Below are positions 51,065-63,538 of a stretch of 64,000 nt of DNA, in pieces. The position numbers and the translations under genes are program-made. The stretch comes from Felis catus. Its lineage: Eukaryota. The stretch covers positions 6,944,001 to 7,008,000 of the forward strand of contig NC_058368.1 of assembly GCF_018350175.1 (NCBI RefSeq), given 5' to 3'. The notes under the pieces are model-generated. The model was not told the DNA's origin. It did no database searches and saw nothing but the letters and a program-made list of their open reading frames with translations. The first letter of the stretch is position 1. Each line of letters starts with the position of its first letter.

Positions 51065-52586
51065 GTGTTTTGCATTCTTAACACAACCTACCTGAACAGC
51101 ATCACCAGATCTTTCCAGTATGGTGGTGTCTCACTTTGGCACAAAGCAGTCCACCCCTTTTTGGTTTTCGTACTCCAGAAGGGAAGCAACAAACATTTCA
51201 CAAGTTTCCCGTTATTGTTTCTTGGGTGCCCCGAAGACCCTGAATCCCACGGACAAGCCAGAAGGAGCTGCCTGGTTGACAATTTGGGACAGGAAGCCCC
51301 TGCTTACTTGAATCATCCAGCTGCATTGAACACTTAGGACAGGCTGCCCGGGAACCCCATCGGTGCTCTCAAACTCCCCGCAGAAGGGGCTGTTCTGCAG
51401 TCGACAGACCCCTCTTTTTCATTGTCCCACCCCACCCCCACCCCAGCATACTTTAGGAAGCCAACGTGTTCACCTGTGATTCTGTTCTAGAACTGGCAGG
51501 TGGGGGTGGGGAGCTGTCTTATAATAGGAACTAACTCCCGTCTAAGAAGCCAATCTAAGCGTAAGCGTCTCTTGGCTGCTATCTAACTGTGCTTTGAAAG
51601 GAAGCATCTGCACGAACATGTATACCATCCGGTGAATGGTACACAAACAAAATCGTTCACCCGGTGAGAGATTTAGATGCTCGACCATAGACAATCAAGT
51701 CACGTTTCCCACACTGCCATGCATATCTGAACGCCCACCAGGATGGTCAGAGTCCAGGTACAATACATTCCAAATAGAGGGATACTTGGCCGTTATAGTC
51801 AGAGCACCATTTGATTGTCACTGTTCCCTTCCTGTCTCCATCCTTCCCTGGAAGGAGGAACGACCTGCCTGCCTCCGGGTCTCCCGCCCCTTCTCCTTGG
51901 TCTCTGCAGGTTGACTTCAAACTTGTGGGAAGTGAAGGGCAGGTGGTGAGGTGGGGTACCCCTCTAAGGCACAATCACATCTTACCTACCCTTCTAGACT
52001 GGCTCCCTGGCTGCCCTTACGCAATCCTCCCTCCGTCCCCGAGAGACCTTATCTACTCATTGACCCTGAACATGGTTTGTCTTTCCTGTTTCCTGGCATC
52101 TATGCATGTGCTCTGTCCACCTGGAGTCCCTTCTGCTCATCCAGATCTCAGCCAGTCTGCAAGAGCAAACTCAAACGCCACTTCCTCCACGGACCCTCCG
52201 CACACCTCCTTCCCCCTCCACCCTGAGCACCGAGCACATAGTAGATGCTTGATCAATACGTGTTGGGGGAGGGAGGGAAGGAGGGAGGGAAGGAAAGAAC
52301 AAAATGTTCACTGCCTGAGTTGCCTGGAGACACTGATTAGAGAGACAGAAGATTTGAGCACAAGTGGTCTTGGGGGGCATCCAATCCATGGGATGCTGAT
52401 GGTTGTCACGGGCTGGGCTGAATCAATTTCACATGTTCCTATTCTATTTGTGCCAGGAAGCTGGACCCGGAGATATGCTGTAGCGGGGCACGTGGCCCCG
52501 GTTCTTCTGTTTTATGCGGTCAAGGATGTGGTCTTGCTGATCCTAAGTTTGTTCAGGAACCTGAAGTCTGATGTTGGCAAATAGCC

Positions 52587-52812
52587 TTTTTGTTGTTGTT
52601 GTTTCATGTTTGTTTATTTTTGAGACAGAGAGACAGAGAGACAGAGAGACAGGGCATGGGCGGGGGAGGGGCAGAGAGAGACGGGGAGACCCAGAATCCG
52701 AGGCAGGCTCCAGGCTCTGAGCTGTCAGCACAGAGCCCGATGTGGGATTCGAGCCCACGACCTGTGAGATCATGACCTGAGCCGAAGTCGGACGCTCAAC
52801 CGACTGAGCCAT
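52587..52812 (-). mobile_element. Can-SINE
   Basis: Reverse consensus. Confidence 0.88.
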
Positions 52813-54777
52813 CTTCGTTCTGTCCTCAGTGTCAACATCAGTCCAAGGCTCCTCTCTTCTTGGAGGCAAGATGGCGGCCCAAGGGCACTGGGGCTTCATG
52901 GCAATCAGGAAAGAGCAAACATCTTTCCTCCACCATGGAATAGATTTTTTTACTCAGTCTGGGCCATTTGAGGACTCATACCAACGCCCAATCCATGTCA
53001 AATGTCAGGGGGTGCCTGTGCTGATGGACTTGACCGAGTGGGACGTTGGGAAGGTGGACGCGGACCACTGCTTCTCTGTCTTCCCCTTACTGCGGCATTA
53101 CATCACACCCTTATGAGCGAAGTCTTATTATCACCCCCCTTTTACAGACGAGAAGACTGAGGTTCAGAGAAGTTAAGTATCTTGCCCAAGGTTGCATGGC
53201 CGGTAAGAGGCAGACTCGGAATTGACACCCAGGCTGAACGGCTCCAGAATACTCCCTTAGCTGCCAAGCGAAGCCATCTCTTTCGATTAGCCTTTGTCTG
53301 TGGTCAAGGACATCCGCAGACCGGGAAGGTCACTACTTGCCACCCCTTTCTACTTGCTGGAGGGGCAGAGAGCATCGAAGGGCGTTGGAGAAGACATGAG
53401 TGCTCTGTGTCTAGAACCAGATTCCTCGGCTGCTGTCCCTCCCGCTAGGGTTGTGGCTTAGTGTCCCCAACCCGGTGGCCACGTGGTCAGCAACAGCGAG
53501 AGCGAGAGGCTCGAGCTTCCTGCTTCCTCTTGCTGCTGAGCAATCTGGTCCAGAGCCCAGAACAGAATCTTCCCATGCTGCTGAGAGGCGCCGTTGACAA
53601 GGACGGTGATTCAGGCTGACTGCCTCGAGGTTTAGAACAGGCTGAGTGCATCCTGATGGTTCCGCCCGCTCCTTTTCTGTGTGTCAGGGACAGCTGAGCT
53701 GTTGAAGAGGCTTTATCAAGCTAGTAGAAACAGATCCTGGTAGTCCTCTGGTTGTTGTTAGTGGATTTGCATTCACCAGAGGGGACAGGTGTCTGTGTGG
53801 CTGGGGACAGGGCTCTTCAGGGGACAGTGGGACACTGGGGCTGGCTGGGAAAGGGTCTGTTACACAAATGGCTGGAGGTGGAGGTGAGAGCAGAGAGAAG
53901 GGGCTCGGATGTTGAGCTAACAGGCGTGTTTTACGCCCGTGGTCCTCACCAGCTCTATGACCCTCATCAAGAGTCATAACAATAGCATGTATGGACCACT
54001 CATTATACAATGGGCCCTATGCTAAGCATTTTATCCATATTTATCTCATTCAGTGTTCACAACAACCCTGAGTGGAGTGGCTGCCTCGTTTTACAGACAA
54101 GGACATCAAGGCTTAGAGTCAGCGAGGCTGAGTCACTTACCCAAGGCCATAAGTTTAGTATAAATTGCTGGGTTTTGAGTCAAGATTGTTTCCATCTTTG
54201 TTCCCTCTTTCCTGGGCTCCCTATCCCCCTCTCCTTTCCTCCTACCCTTTCCTCCTCTCAACAAATGTTCGTGGCATCTGAGGTGTTGGGGTGCTTTAGA
54301 AGCTTCCGGAGATGCAGTGCCGAATGAACACAGGCACAGATTCCTGCTTACTCTTCCTGTCTCCCAGGTCAGGCAAGCCTGTCCCAGCAGGGCGCCACGT
54401 GGACAGCTCGCTCTGTGAGGCCTCCCAAAGGCTTCGCTTGGCTCTTAGATGCATCTGGAAGCGGGCGTGTTGAGACTGAGGAGCCTGCAGGGCACGTGAG
54501 CTGAGCTAGTGGGGCCCTTGGTTCCACCTTTCGAAGCTTGGGGAGAGACTTGGGAGTGAATCCCTTTGTCCAGAATCCGGCCGTGGCAGAGCTGTGGGAA
54601 TTAATGGGCGAGCAAAGAAGGGCAGCCCAGGACAGGACCAAGGAGGAACGTCAGAGATCGAGGGGGAGCTAGAGGAGCACACTGTTCCGGAAGTCAAGGA
54701 AGGCTGGAGCGCCAAGTCGCAGGGTGTGGTCAACAGTGTCACCTGTGCATGGCAGTTCGGCCATTCTTCCGCAACAT

Positions 54778-54813
54778 TTCTTTTTTTAAAAGATGCTTAT
54801 TTATTTATTTAGG

Positions 54814-54855
<42 letters not shown>

Positions 54856-54981
54856 CCCAAGCAGACTCTGCACTGTCGGTATGGAGCCCAACCCGGGGCT
54901 CAAACTCACAAACCGTGAGATCATGACCTGAGCCGAGATCAAGAGTCAGATGCGTAACTGATGGAGACACCCAGGAACCCC
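54778..54981 (-). mobile_element. Can-SINE
   Basis: Reverse consensus; TSD-like catttctttt. Confidence 0.88.
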
Positions 54982-56429
54982 AACAGCATTTCTTTTTGGG
55001 GGTCTGTCTCGCTGATTGTTAGTTCCCAACGATGATTTCTTCCGAAATCGTTTTTTGTTTTTGATAGGAAGTGAGCGATCAATCTCCCTCCTAACTCCAA
55101 CTCTTCAGCCACCAGGACCACTTCCCTGAACCCAACCTCCACTCCACCAGTGAGTGCCTTGTCTATCCCTTCCAGAGAGGTTCTCTCCGGTTCATTTCTT
55201 TGAAGAGCAAAACCCTTCAGGTACGTACCCATTCACCCCTCTGACGTGCTTGTGTTCAAGTCCCGTGAACCCAGAAATACCCCCAATTCTAGTTTTTGTG
55301 GGTTTTGCATTTTTCTTCATGTACTGCTTTAAATATTGCAAGTTTTGTACTATTTTCAACCTACGGTAGGGTTGGTGGTTTGAAATAGTGTGTGCCTTAA
55401 CCGCTCGTAGGCGTTTTAGTTATTTCAAATGTATAGCATTCAGATGACGCTTGATTTGAGCCCTGTTTTTCCCCTCCTGAAATGTGGATTCATTTGACAA
55501 TGTCAAATAGTTTAGGGAGGAAAACACGCCTGTTAAAGCTAACTTTTGACTTTGAATTCAAACAAAAGATCTTATTGTAAACCCTGTGAGTAGTATTTTT
55601 TGTAGAGTTATGGAACTGGGTTTTTCTTTTCACCTTGCCGGAAAAGCAGTCCGTCCCCCGATGTTCAAGTGTTTATGGTGTTCAAACTGCCTTTTGAACA
55701 AATTACATTCCCCAATGAATAGTCATGCCTCTTGACTCAGTACCTCAAGGACTTTGACCCAATAAATAATCTTCCCATTGGGTTACAAATTGTCTTTTGC
55801 CAAAGGGCATTCCACAGTGCCTGTTAGGATTCAAAACAAGGCAGAATGAAATACTGTGTGTGAGTTCCCAAGTGCCTTGAGTCAAGCTGTCGCTGTTTCT
55901 GGTGCAAAACCAGGCACAAGGTACACAGTGATATTAAAGGCTCGTGGGCAAAACACCTTCCTCAGCCCGGGAGCGACACCTGTGGCAATATAATTTGATA
56001 AAGGAGGCATCGCTGTTGAGTTATTGGCTTTCTTCTTTAAGTAAACACTTCAGGCGTCCTATATCTGAGTGAGTTTTGGGCTTCAAAAGTAGTGCTCAAA
56101 CAATGATATATTTCCCCCAAAGATGCTTAAATTCTCTAAAGTGTTTTACGACTCTAGGTGCTCTCTGAGCCAGGCTACAAACTGTATAATAAAACCAGTC
56201 TCATTACTTTATATTTATACCGGATTTATAAATCAAAATGGCATTTCCTTATCTGGGAATAAAATATAGTTGTATTCTTAGCCATATCTTACACCAAAAG
56301 ACAAAACAAACGGGTAAAGCCTTAAACATTAAGGAAAGAAATCATAAAAAGGGTGAAAAAAATTTATGGCAGAAAATGGCTTTAATAATCTCAGTGTGGG
56401 GAAGGTCTTTCTAAGTATGACATAAAACA

Positions 56430-56541
56430 TCTATTAGTCAGGGTTCTCTTGAGAAACATAACCAACAGAAGACACACACACATATACATACACATATACA
56501 TTATAAATATTATACATAGACACATAACAATGTATGTATAT

Positions 56542-56588
<47 letters not shown>

Positions 56589-57017
56589 GGGAATTGGCTC
56601 ATGGGATTGTGGGGACCTTCAAAGTCCAAAAGCTGCATGGTGAGCCAGCAGTCTAGAGAGTCAGGTAAGAGTCGGCATTGTAGCCCTGACTCAGAGTCCG
56701 GAAATTCAGGGAAGACTTCTACATTGTAGTCTTGAGGACAATTTTTTCCTCTTTGGGGATCCTTAGTTTTGCTCTTAAGATACTCAACTGATTGGATGAG
56801 GCCCACCCGCAGGATGGAGGGAAATCTGCTCTACTCAAAGCCTGCTCCTTTAAAGACTAACCACACCTAAAAATACACTTTCGTTTGCGGTTCACAAAGA
56901 TCACTCAAAAAGCAACAACGAAAACAATACACTTCCATGGTAACATCGGGGCTAGAGGTTGAGCAAACAAGCAGGTCCCATGGCCAGGCCAAATTGACAC
57001 ATGAAATTCACCATCAC
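56430..57017 (-). mobile_element. MLT2 (ERVL) LTR with internal (CA)/(TG)/(GA) microsatellite
   Basis: tattagtcagggttctcttgagaaacataacc...caactgattggatgaggcccaccc...caaattgacacatgaaattcaccatcac. Confidence 0.8.
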
Positions 57018-57464
57018 GGCAGAGAAGATGGAAAAGAGGGGACGAAGGAATGTGACCAAAGACACGAAAGTGATGGCAGCCGTGTGTCACAGGACTTGCA
57101 ATTCTTGCGTCATGGCTGCTGGTGCAACTTTGTCCTACCCTTGGAAGTGGCAGCTTGAATGAACCATGAACTTAGGAAATGCTCCTCTTTCTAATGGTGT
57201 TTTTAAAGGGGCGTTTTCAAAAGAAATTCTTAGGCTGAGAATGGCACCCGGGTGATTCTCCTGGAGTGAAATGATCGACTTGTTTGGCACCTGGAGCATC
57301 ATGGTTCCTGGGTCTGTTTGTGGTTTGGGAAGTTTTTTGAATGAGTTACTTTGTATTTGATGTTATCTTGCCGGATCAACTTGAAACTGACATTTTCTTA
57401 TTAAAAGAGTTTTTTTCTTCTTTTTTTAGGGACTCCATTTAATTGAATTTAAGAGCCCTCAGAA

Positions 57465-57885
57465 GGGGTGCCCATGTGGCCCAGTTGACTAAACGACTGA
57501 CTTCGGCTCAGGCCATGATGTCGCGGTGCGTGAGTTTGAGGCCCTCACTGGGCTCTCCCGCTCTCAGCACAGAGCCTGCTTCAGAGCCTCTGTCTCCCCC
57601 CTTCCCCTCTCTCCCCCAAATATATAAACATTAAAAAATTTAACAATAAATAGGGGCGCCTGGGTGGCGCAGTCGGTTAAGCGTCCGACTTCAGCCAGGT
57701 CACGATCTCACGGTCCGTGAGTTCGAGCCCCGCGTCGGGCTCTGGGCTGATGGCTCGGAGCCTGGAGCCTGTTTCCGATTCTGTGTCTCCCTCTCTCTCT
57801 GCCCCTCCCCCGTTCATGCTCTGTCTCTCTCTGTCCCCCCCCAAAAAAATAAATAAAAACGTTGAAAAAAAAATTAAAAAAAAAT
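57465..57885 (+). mobile_element. Older Can-SINE (57465-57651) with a young SINEC_Fc (57653-57885) inserted in its tail
   Basis: Duplicated tttaacaataaata flanks the young copy. Confidence 0.9.
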
Positions 57886-58369
57886 TTTAACAATAAATAA
57901 ATCAAAGCTCTTCGTGAGCAAAAAATCCTGCCTTCTGTGGCTTCCCTTTATAAGTACCTGGGAATTTTTATTGGCTGTTCATTGCTATCACACAATTTCT
58001 GGAGGATGGTTAGCAATGTGTTTCTTTATGGGGCGGATTTGCATAAATCTTCCCTGAGAGTTTCTAACCCTTATGGACCTACAAATATGCATATCTCTTA
58101 ACCCCAGCTCCTCATGAAAGGAAGGGGAGGGATCAGTTGCTGGCTCACACACTGCAGACCGAGGACGTGTGGGGACACCCAGCTGTCTCACTGAGGCCGT
58201 GCGGGATTAATTGTCGTGGGCCTCACGTTGAGGAGGTCAGACCCCACACCGGTGATCTCTCCCTTTCTAGTTCTGCGTTGCCACCTTTTTGCCGGTGGAC
58301 CCTTCAAAAGCACCGCCAGGGTAAAGCTGTTACAAGGATCAGTCTCTGGGGAGCAAAGTAGCCACAGTC

Positions 58370-58596
58370 TTTTTATTTTTTTTTTAATTTTTTTAACGTT
58401 TATTTATTTTTGAGACAGGGAGAGACAGAGCGTGAACAGGAGAGGGGCAGAGAGAGAGGGAGACACAGAATCGGAAACAGGCTCCAGGCTCTGAGCCGTC
58501 AGCGCAGAGCCCGACGCGGGGCTCGAACCCACGGACTGCGAGATCACGACCCGAGCTGAAGTCGGACGCTTAACCGACCGAGCCACCCAGGCGCCC
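58370..58596 (-). mobile_element. Felid SINEC_Fc
   Basis: TSD ccacagtctt. Confidence 0.92.
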
Positions 58597-58977
58597 CCAC
58601 AGTCTTATCTTTTTAAACTAGGTGGGAATTTATGATGCAGTTGTCTTTCTTCTAGAATGGCCTCGTCCTATTCGTGAAGCCAAAGTCCCTCTTGGGGCGA
58701 TTTCTTTTCACAAAGGAAGAACGACCACGGCGTTAATAATGACCGGGAAAAAGGGAGCAAAATCATGTAAGATAAAGTATCACCCCACATGTGCTCCAAG
58801 CACAGCAGAAAAGAAAAAGGGATTGTAACGCCTCTTCCTTGCTAAGTATGGTCTCGTCGCAGCGAAGGCCGTGGGTGCAGGAGAGAAAGGCTGGAGGCTG
58901 CAACGTTGAAAATCATGTTGAAGGGCAACATAGCAGCTGACAGGTGGTGAGGCCAACAGCATCACAGACACAGGAAC

Positions 58978-58979
<2 letters not shown>

Positions 58980-59020
<41 letters not shown>
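58980..59020. repeat. (TG)n microsatellite
   Basis: About 20 TG units. Confidence 0.96.
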
Positions 59021-59021
<1 letters not shown>

Positions 59022-59199
59022 CTACTCTCCTACCTTCCTCATCTCCCAACACCTCCCACTGTCGCCTGCAGTGGTACCGACAGACCCTCACCCTCACCCT
59101 TCCTCACCCTGTAGGAGAGGAGAACTGAGCTGAACACTTCCCGGCTGGCCCGACACAGGACCGAGGCTGACATTTGCAGAGAAGGCCAGCAGCCTAGAG

Positions 59200-59752
59200 G
59201 GGCAGGTACGGCCCAGACATCCTTCAGTAGGTGAATGAATAAAATTAAGGAAGACCCCAAATTAAACCGGGGGCCGTCCAGACAGCAGGGCAGTCTTCAG
59301 CAATAACACAAAGCGAGCTATCGAGCCATAAAAAGACACGGATGAAACCGATGTGCAAGTTGCTAAGAAGACTGCGTACTGTGTGCTTCCCAGCACGTGG
59401 CATTCTGGAAAAGGCAGAACTATGGAGACAGTAAGAAGACCTTCAGGGAAGGGAGGGATGAACAGGGGGTGTACCAGACAGTTTCAGGGCTGTGAAACTC
59501 TTCTGTTTGGTATTATACCGGTGGACACCTGTCATTATCATTGTCGAAACCTACAGCATGTACAACATAGTGACCCCTGATGAGGGACCTTCGTTAATAA
59601 TAATGCATCAGTATTGGTTCATTGATGGGTAACAAATGTACCACCCTAGTGCGAGATGTTAATAATAAGGGAAACTGTGGTGGGGCGGGGGGGGGGGGGG
59701 TGGGGAGGAGAAGAGGGTACGTAGGAACTCCGTACTTCCCACTCAGCTTTTC
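59200..59752 (+). mobile_element. L1MB-like 3' end
   Basis: catccttcagtaggtgaatgaataaa, cattctggaaaaggcagaactatggagacagtaa, taacaaatgtaccaccctagtgcgagatgttaataata. Confidence 0.8.
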
Positions 59753-60469
59753 TCGTGTGTGTCGCCCTTGTCCTCCAGGTCAACCTCGTGGTCCAGGATG
59801 GCTGCTGGAGCGCCAGCCATCTAAGTTCCAGGAGGCAGGAAGGAGCATCCCAGGTGGCCTAGCTTTCGTTAATTCACCTTTCTAGAAGTCCAACCCAACA
59901 CGTGCGCTTCGTCACATGGTCACTCCCAGCTGCAGGGGAGGCCCGGGAAACGTCGTCTCTTCTCTGGGTGTAGGGACACCCCTCGTGATACTGGAGGTCT
60001 GTCACTAAGGGAGAACGGGAGGGTGGGCATTGGACAGCCAGTGGCTGTCTCTGCCTAAGGAAGGCGCCCCCCTGTTCCTGAGAGCTTAGAGGCTGGCCTT
60101 TCAGAGAAGCCCTGTGGCTTCTCAATGACCCTGCTTGAGGGACACTGCTGAGTCTTTCCCAGCCCGGAAGATTCCAGAAGAAATGCCTGAGTGGTGGGGA
60201 GGATCGCTCTCCTGCCAAGAGGGCTGGGAAGGACCGCTGTCTGTGCTTTGCCCCTTCAGAGGAAGACCTCCCTGGACTGTCTTCTGACGTCACTGTTTCT
60301 CCACTGAGGGGATAAGCGAGGCCCCCGGGGACTTGTGTAGAAATATAATGTGCTGGTGAGGCACAGGCCTCCTGCTCTTGTTTCAAATTTTTTATTTTCT
60401 TAATGTTTACTTTTTTACATTGATATTTATACTTTTATAAAAATATATTTCTATATTATTATAAGTTAT

Positions 60470-60692
60470 GTATGAAAATGTTTTCATATTTATTTCTTGA
60501 GATAGAGAGAGACTGAGCCGGGGCTGGGGAGGGGCAGAGAGAGAGAGGGAGACACAGAACGGGCAGCAGACTCCAGGCTCCGAGCGGTCAGCACAGAGCC
60601 CGACGTGGGGCTCGAACTCACCAACCGTGAGATCACGACCCGAGCCAAGATTAAGAGTTGGAGGCCTAACCGACTGGGCCACCCAGGCCGCC
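60470..60692 (-). mobile_element. Can-SINE
   Basis: Reverse consensus. Confidence 0.88.
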
Positions 60693-61071
60693 CCCCCCCC
60701 CAACCCCGGGATGCCCCCAGGCCTCCTAAGGAAGGGGAAACCTTGCCTACGTGCCGGGCAGGGCCTGAGAGCCCAGGCCGCAGGCTACAGCGCTCCGTTT
60801 TGTGCTCAGTGGGAAGCAGGAGCCTGGAAGGAGCCAATGCCTGAGTTCCTCAAGCCAGGCTGGGCACCTCCCCTGCAAGGACAGTGGATCACAGGCCCCT
60901 TGTGGGAACGGAATGGCCCGGATGGGGTTTCCATCTGACTGCACTCACTGTGACCTTCTGGGTGCTGGGCTAATTGCCTTAAGTGATCGCACAAGCACGG
61001 AGGGCAGGGGAGGAGGGGGGAAAAGAGTGTGTGAAAGTCGCTGAGTGTACCTGGTGCTTTGCACACATTTC

Positions 61072-61252
61072 TTTTTCTTTCTTTCTTTCCTTCTTTCTTT
61101 CAGGTGGAAGTGGGATTTCTTTTTCCTTTTTTCTTTTTTTTTTTTAATTTTAATTTTTGAATTTACATCCAAATTAGTTAGCATATCGTGCAACAACGAT
61201 TTCAGGAGTAGATTCCTTAATGCCCCTTCCCCACTTAGCCCATCCCCCGCCC
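61072..61252 (-). mobile_element. 5'-truncated felid L1 (L1_Fc-like) 3' end
   Basis: aatttacatccaaattagttagcata...gatttcaggagtagattcc; 18-bp TSD gtgctttgcacacatttc (61054-61071) / gtgcttcgcacacatttc (61253-61270). Confidence 0.85.
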
Positions 61253-61397
61253 GTGCTTCGCACACATTTCAGGCAGAATTGTCCTGTAAATGGGACACCT
61301 ACTTCTCCGCCCCAGCCCCCTTTGCTGACCCCACCAAAGGGACCAGAGCCCAGGTAAATAAGGTCACGTATCTCTCGTGTGCGTGTGAGGAAAGCGC

Positions 61398-61617
61398 TTT
61401 GTTTTTTGTTTTAACGTTTATTTATTTTTGAGACAGAGAGAGACAGAACATGAATGGGGGAGGGTCAGAGAGAGAGAGGGAGACACAGAATCGGAAACAG
61501 GCTCCAGGCTCTGAGCCGTCAGCCCAGAGCCCGACGCGGGGCTCGAACCCACGGACCACAAGATCGTGACCTGAGCCGAAGTCGGACGCCCAACCGACTG
61601 CGCCACCCAGGCGCCCC
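61398..61617 (-). mobile_element. Felid SINEC_Fc
   Basis: Near-consensus reverse copy. Confidence 0.92.
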
Positions 61618-62445
61618 AAGTCTGCCTTTCTTAAGAGATACGTTGTGTTTCTGTATCAGCGGAGAGAAAGAAGTTTAAGGTAATCTGGGGGCAAAGCATC
61701 CATGATAAAAAGTCACTGTTGTGGTGTTTCTCTACCTTCACTCATTTAAAACACACCGAATGGCTATCTCCCAGTAACAGGGCCCGGTGCTGTTTTGCCC
61801 ACCAGTGAGAGAGGGTACAAGGGAGCTATGGGTGGGGCTGTCTGATCACCAGGGACAGGTCCTGGCTGGTTACTGCTGAGATGTCGTGGTTGTGGACAGT
61901 GGGCCTGCCGGGTCCCTGCGGTCTCTGTGCTGGGCTGGGAACACCCTCTTCCTGAAGATTGCTGTGCCTGTCAGCGTTTCCCCTCGGGGCCCAGCCACCT
62001 GCCCTGAGGCCTGGTCTGCAACACTACTCGCCCCCACCCCGGACTCCTCGAGTCAAGGGACCCTTGCTTTGGTGTAGGAATAAAGGACAGTCCAATTCCT
62101 ACCATACCCTAGCTTCCCCAAAAGATCATTTGTCTTCCCCAAATCAGCTCCTGAGCTGACGTCGGACGCTTAACCGACTGAGCCACCCAGGCGCCCCAGA
62201 TCATACGTGCATTAAACGAAGGGTCATTTTGGCTGCAGTGGGATCCGCTGGTTAGGAAATTCACAAGAGCTGGGGACAAGTTGTGGGCACTGGAAGATCC
62301 TAGATGACAAGGAAAGATGAGTTCTAGCCATTCATCAGGGAAAACCAAGCCTGGGCAAAGAAGATCCAGATAATAGTTGGAATGTATCATCAAATTATTT
62401 GTGAGAGTTTGGTTATACTTAGCCCTAAATCATAAGTAACTTTTA

Positions 62446-62652
62446 GGGGCACCTGGGTGGCTCAGTTGGTTGAGCGTCCGACTTCCACACAGGTCATGAT
62501 CTCGCGGTTTGAGTTCGAGCCCCATGTCGGGCTCTGTGCTGACAGCTCGGGGCCTGGAGCCTGCTTCGGATTCCTTGTCTCCCTCACTCTCTGCCCCTCC
62601 CCCGCTCACGTTCTGTCTCTCTCTGTCTCAAAAATAAAAACATTAAAAAAAG
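62446..62652 (+). mobile_element. Can-SINE
   Basis: SINEC consensus. Confidence 0.9.
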
Positions 62653-62667
62653 TTATTTATAATATAC

Positions 62668-62825
62668 CTTTTTTTTTTTTACATTTATTCATTTTTGAGA
62701 GACAGAGTGTGAGCAGGGGAGGGGCAGAGAGAGGAGAAGACACAGAATCCGAAGCAGGCTCCAGGCTCCAAGCTGTCGGCACAGAGCCCGATGCGGGACT
62801 CGAACTCAGGAACCGCGAGAAGATA
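62668..62825 (-). mobile_element. Can-SINE, head-truncated
   Basis: Reverse consensus up to ...aaccgcgaga. Confidence 0.85.
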
Positions 62826-62930
62826 GTTACAAGCAACAATGGAATGAAGTCTCAAGGTGGTACAAGTGTGTCCCATTTGGATTAGGATTAAAGAACTCTT
62901 TGTTGCTATTGGAACACTTGTAAACATCTT

Positions 62931-62933
<3 letters not shown>

Positions 62934-62977
<44 letters not shown>
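62934..62977. repeat. (GA)n microsatellite
   Basis: About 21 GA units. Confidence 0.95.
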
Positions 62978-62980
<3 letters not shown>

Positions 62981-63334
62981 TGGTAATAGACTTTGAAATG
63001 AATGAGAACCTAATAGCAAGATCACATAACAACAGTTCTTGTTGTCAGATCAGCTGCTCTGCCCAAGATTTTCCTTAGCAAAACCATTTCCCATGTTATT
63101 GTTCCAAATGGTCGTTTTTATCATTCATTGTTCATCTTAAATGCAGGCTGGACAAGAGGTTCTGTCTTTTCTCATTTATCACTCACATCAAGTTGCATTT
63201 TACGGTAGTGTTGGGGGGTTTTCCATGAGGATAAGGCTAATTTAGGATGATTCTCCAACCCAATCTTGGGGTGAGGATACTGTCCATCTGTGAAACGTTA
63301 CAGGTTCTTCTACTAAAACAATGTTTCAGTTGAC

Positions 63335-63538
63335 TTTATTTTTCTTTTTCAACGTTTATTTATTTTTGGGACAGAGAGAGACAGAGCATGAACGGGGGAG
63401 GGGCAGAGAGAGAGGGAGACACAGAATCGGAAACAGGCTCCAGGCTCTGAGCTGTCAACACGGAGCCGGATGCGGGGCTCAAACCCACGAACCGTGAGAT
63501 CATGACCTGAGCTGAAGTTGGACACTTCACCGACTGCC
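63335..63538 (-). mobile_element. Felid SINEC
   Basis: Reverse consensus. Confidence 0.88.

Noticed and set aside
51811..52584. 257-aa ORF
   Set aside because: Non-ATG start, crosses L2/MIR-like sequence (gcacatagtagatgcttgatcaatacg) and a GGAA/GGAG run; no domain or splice support
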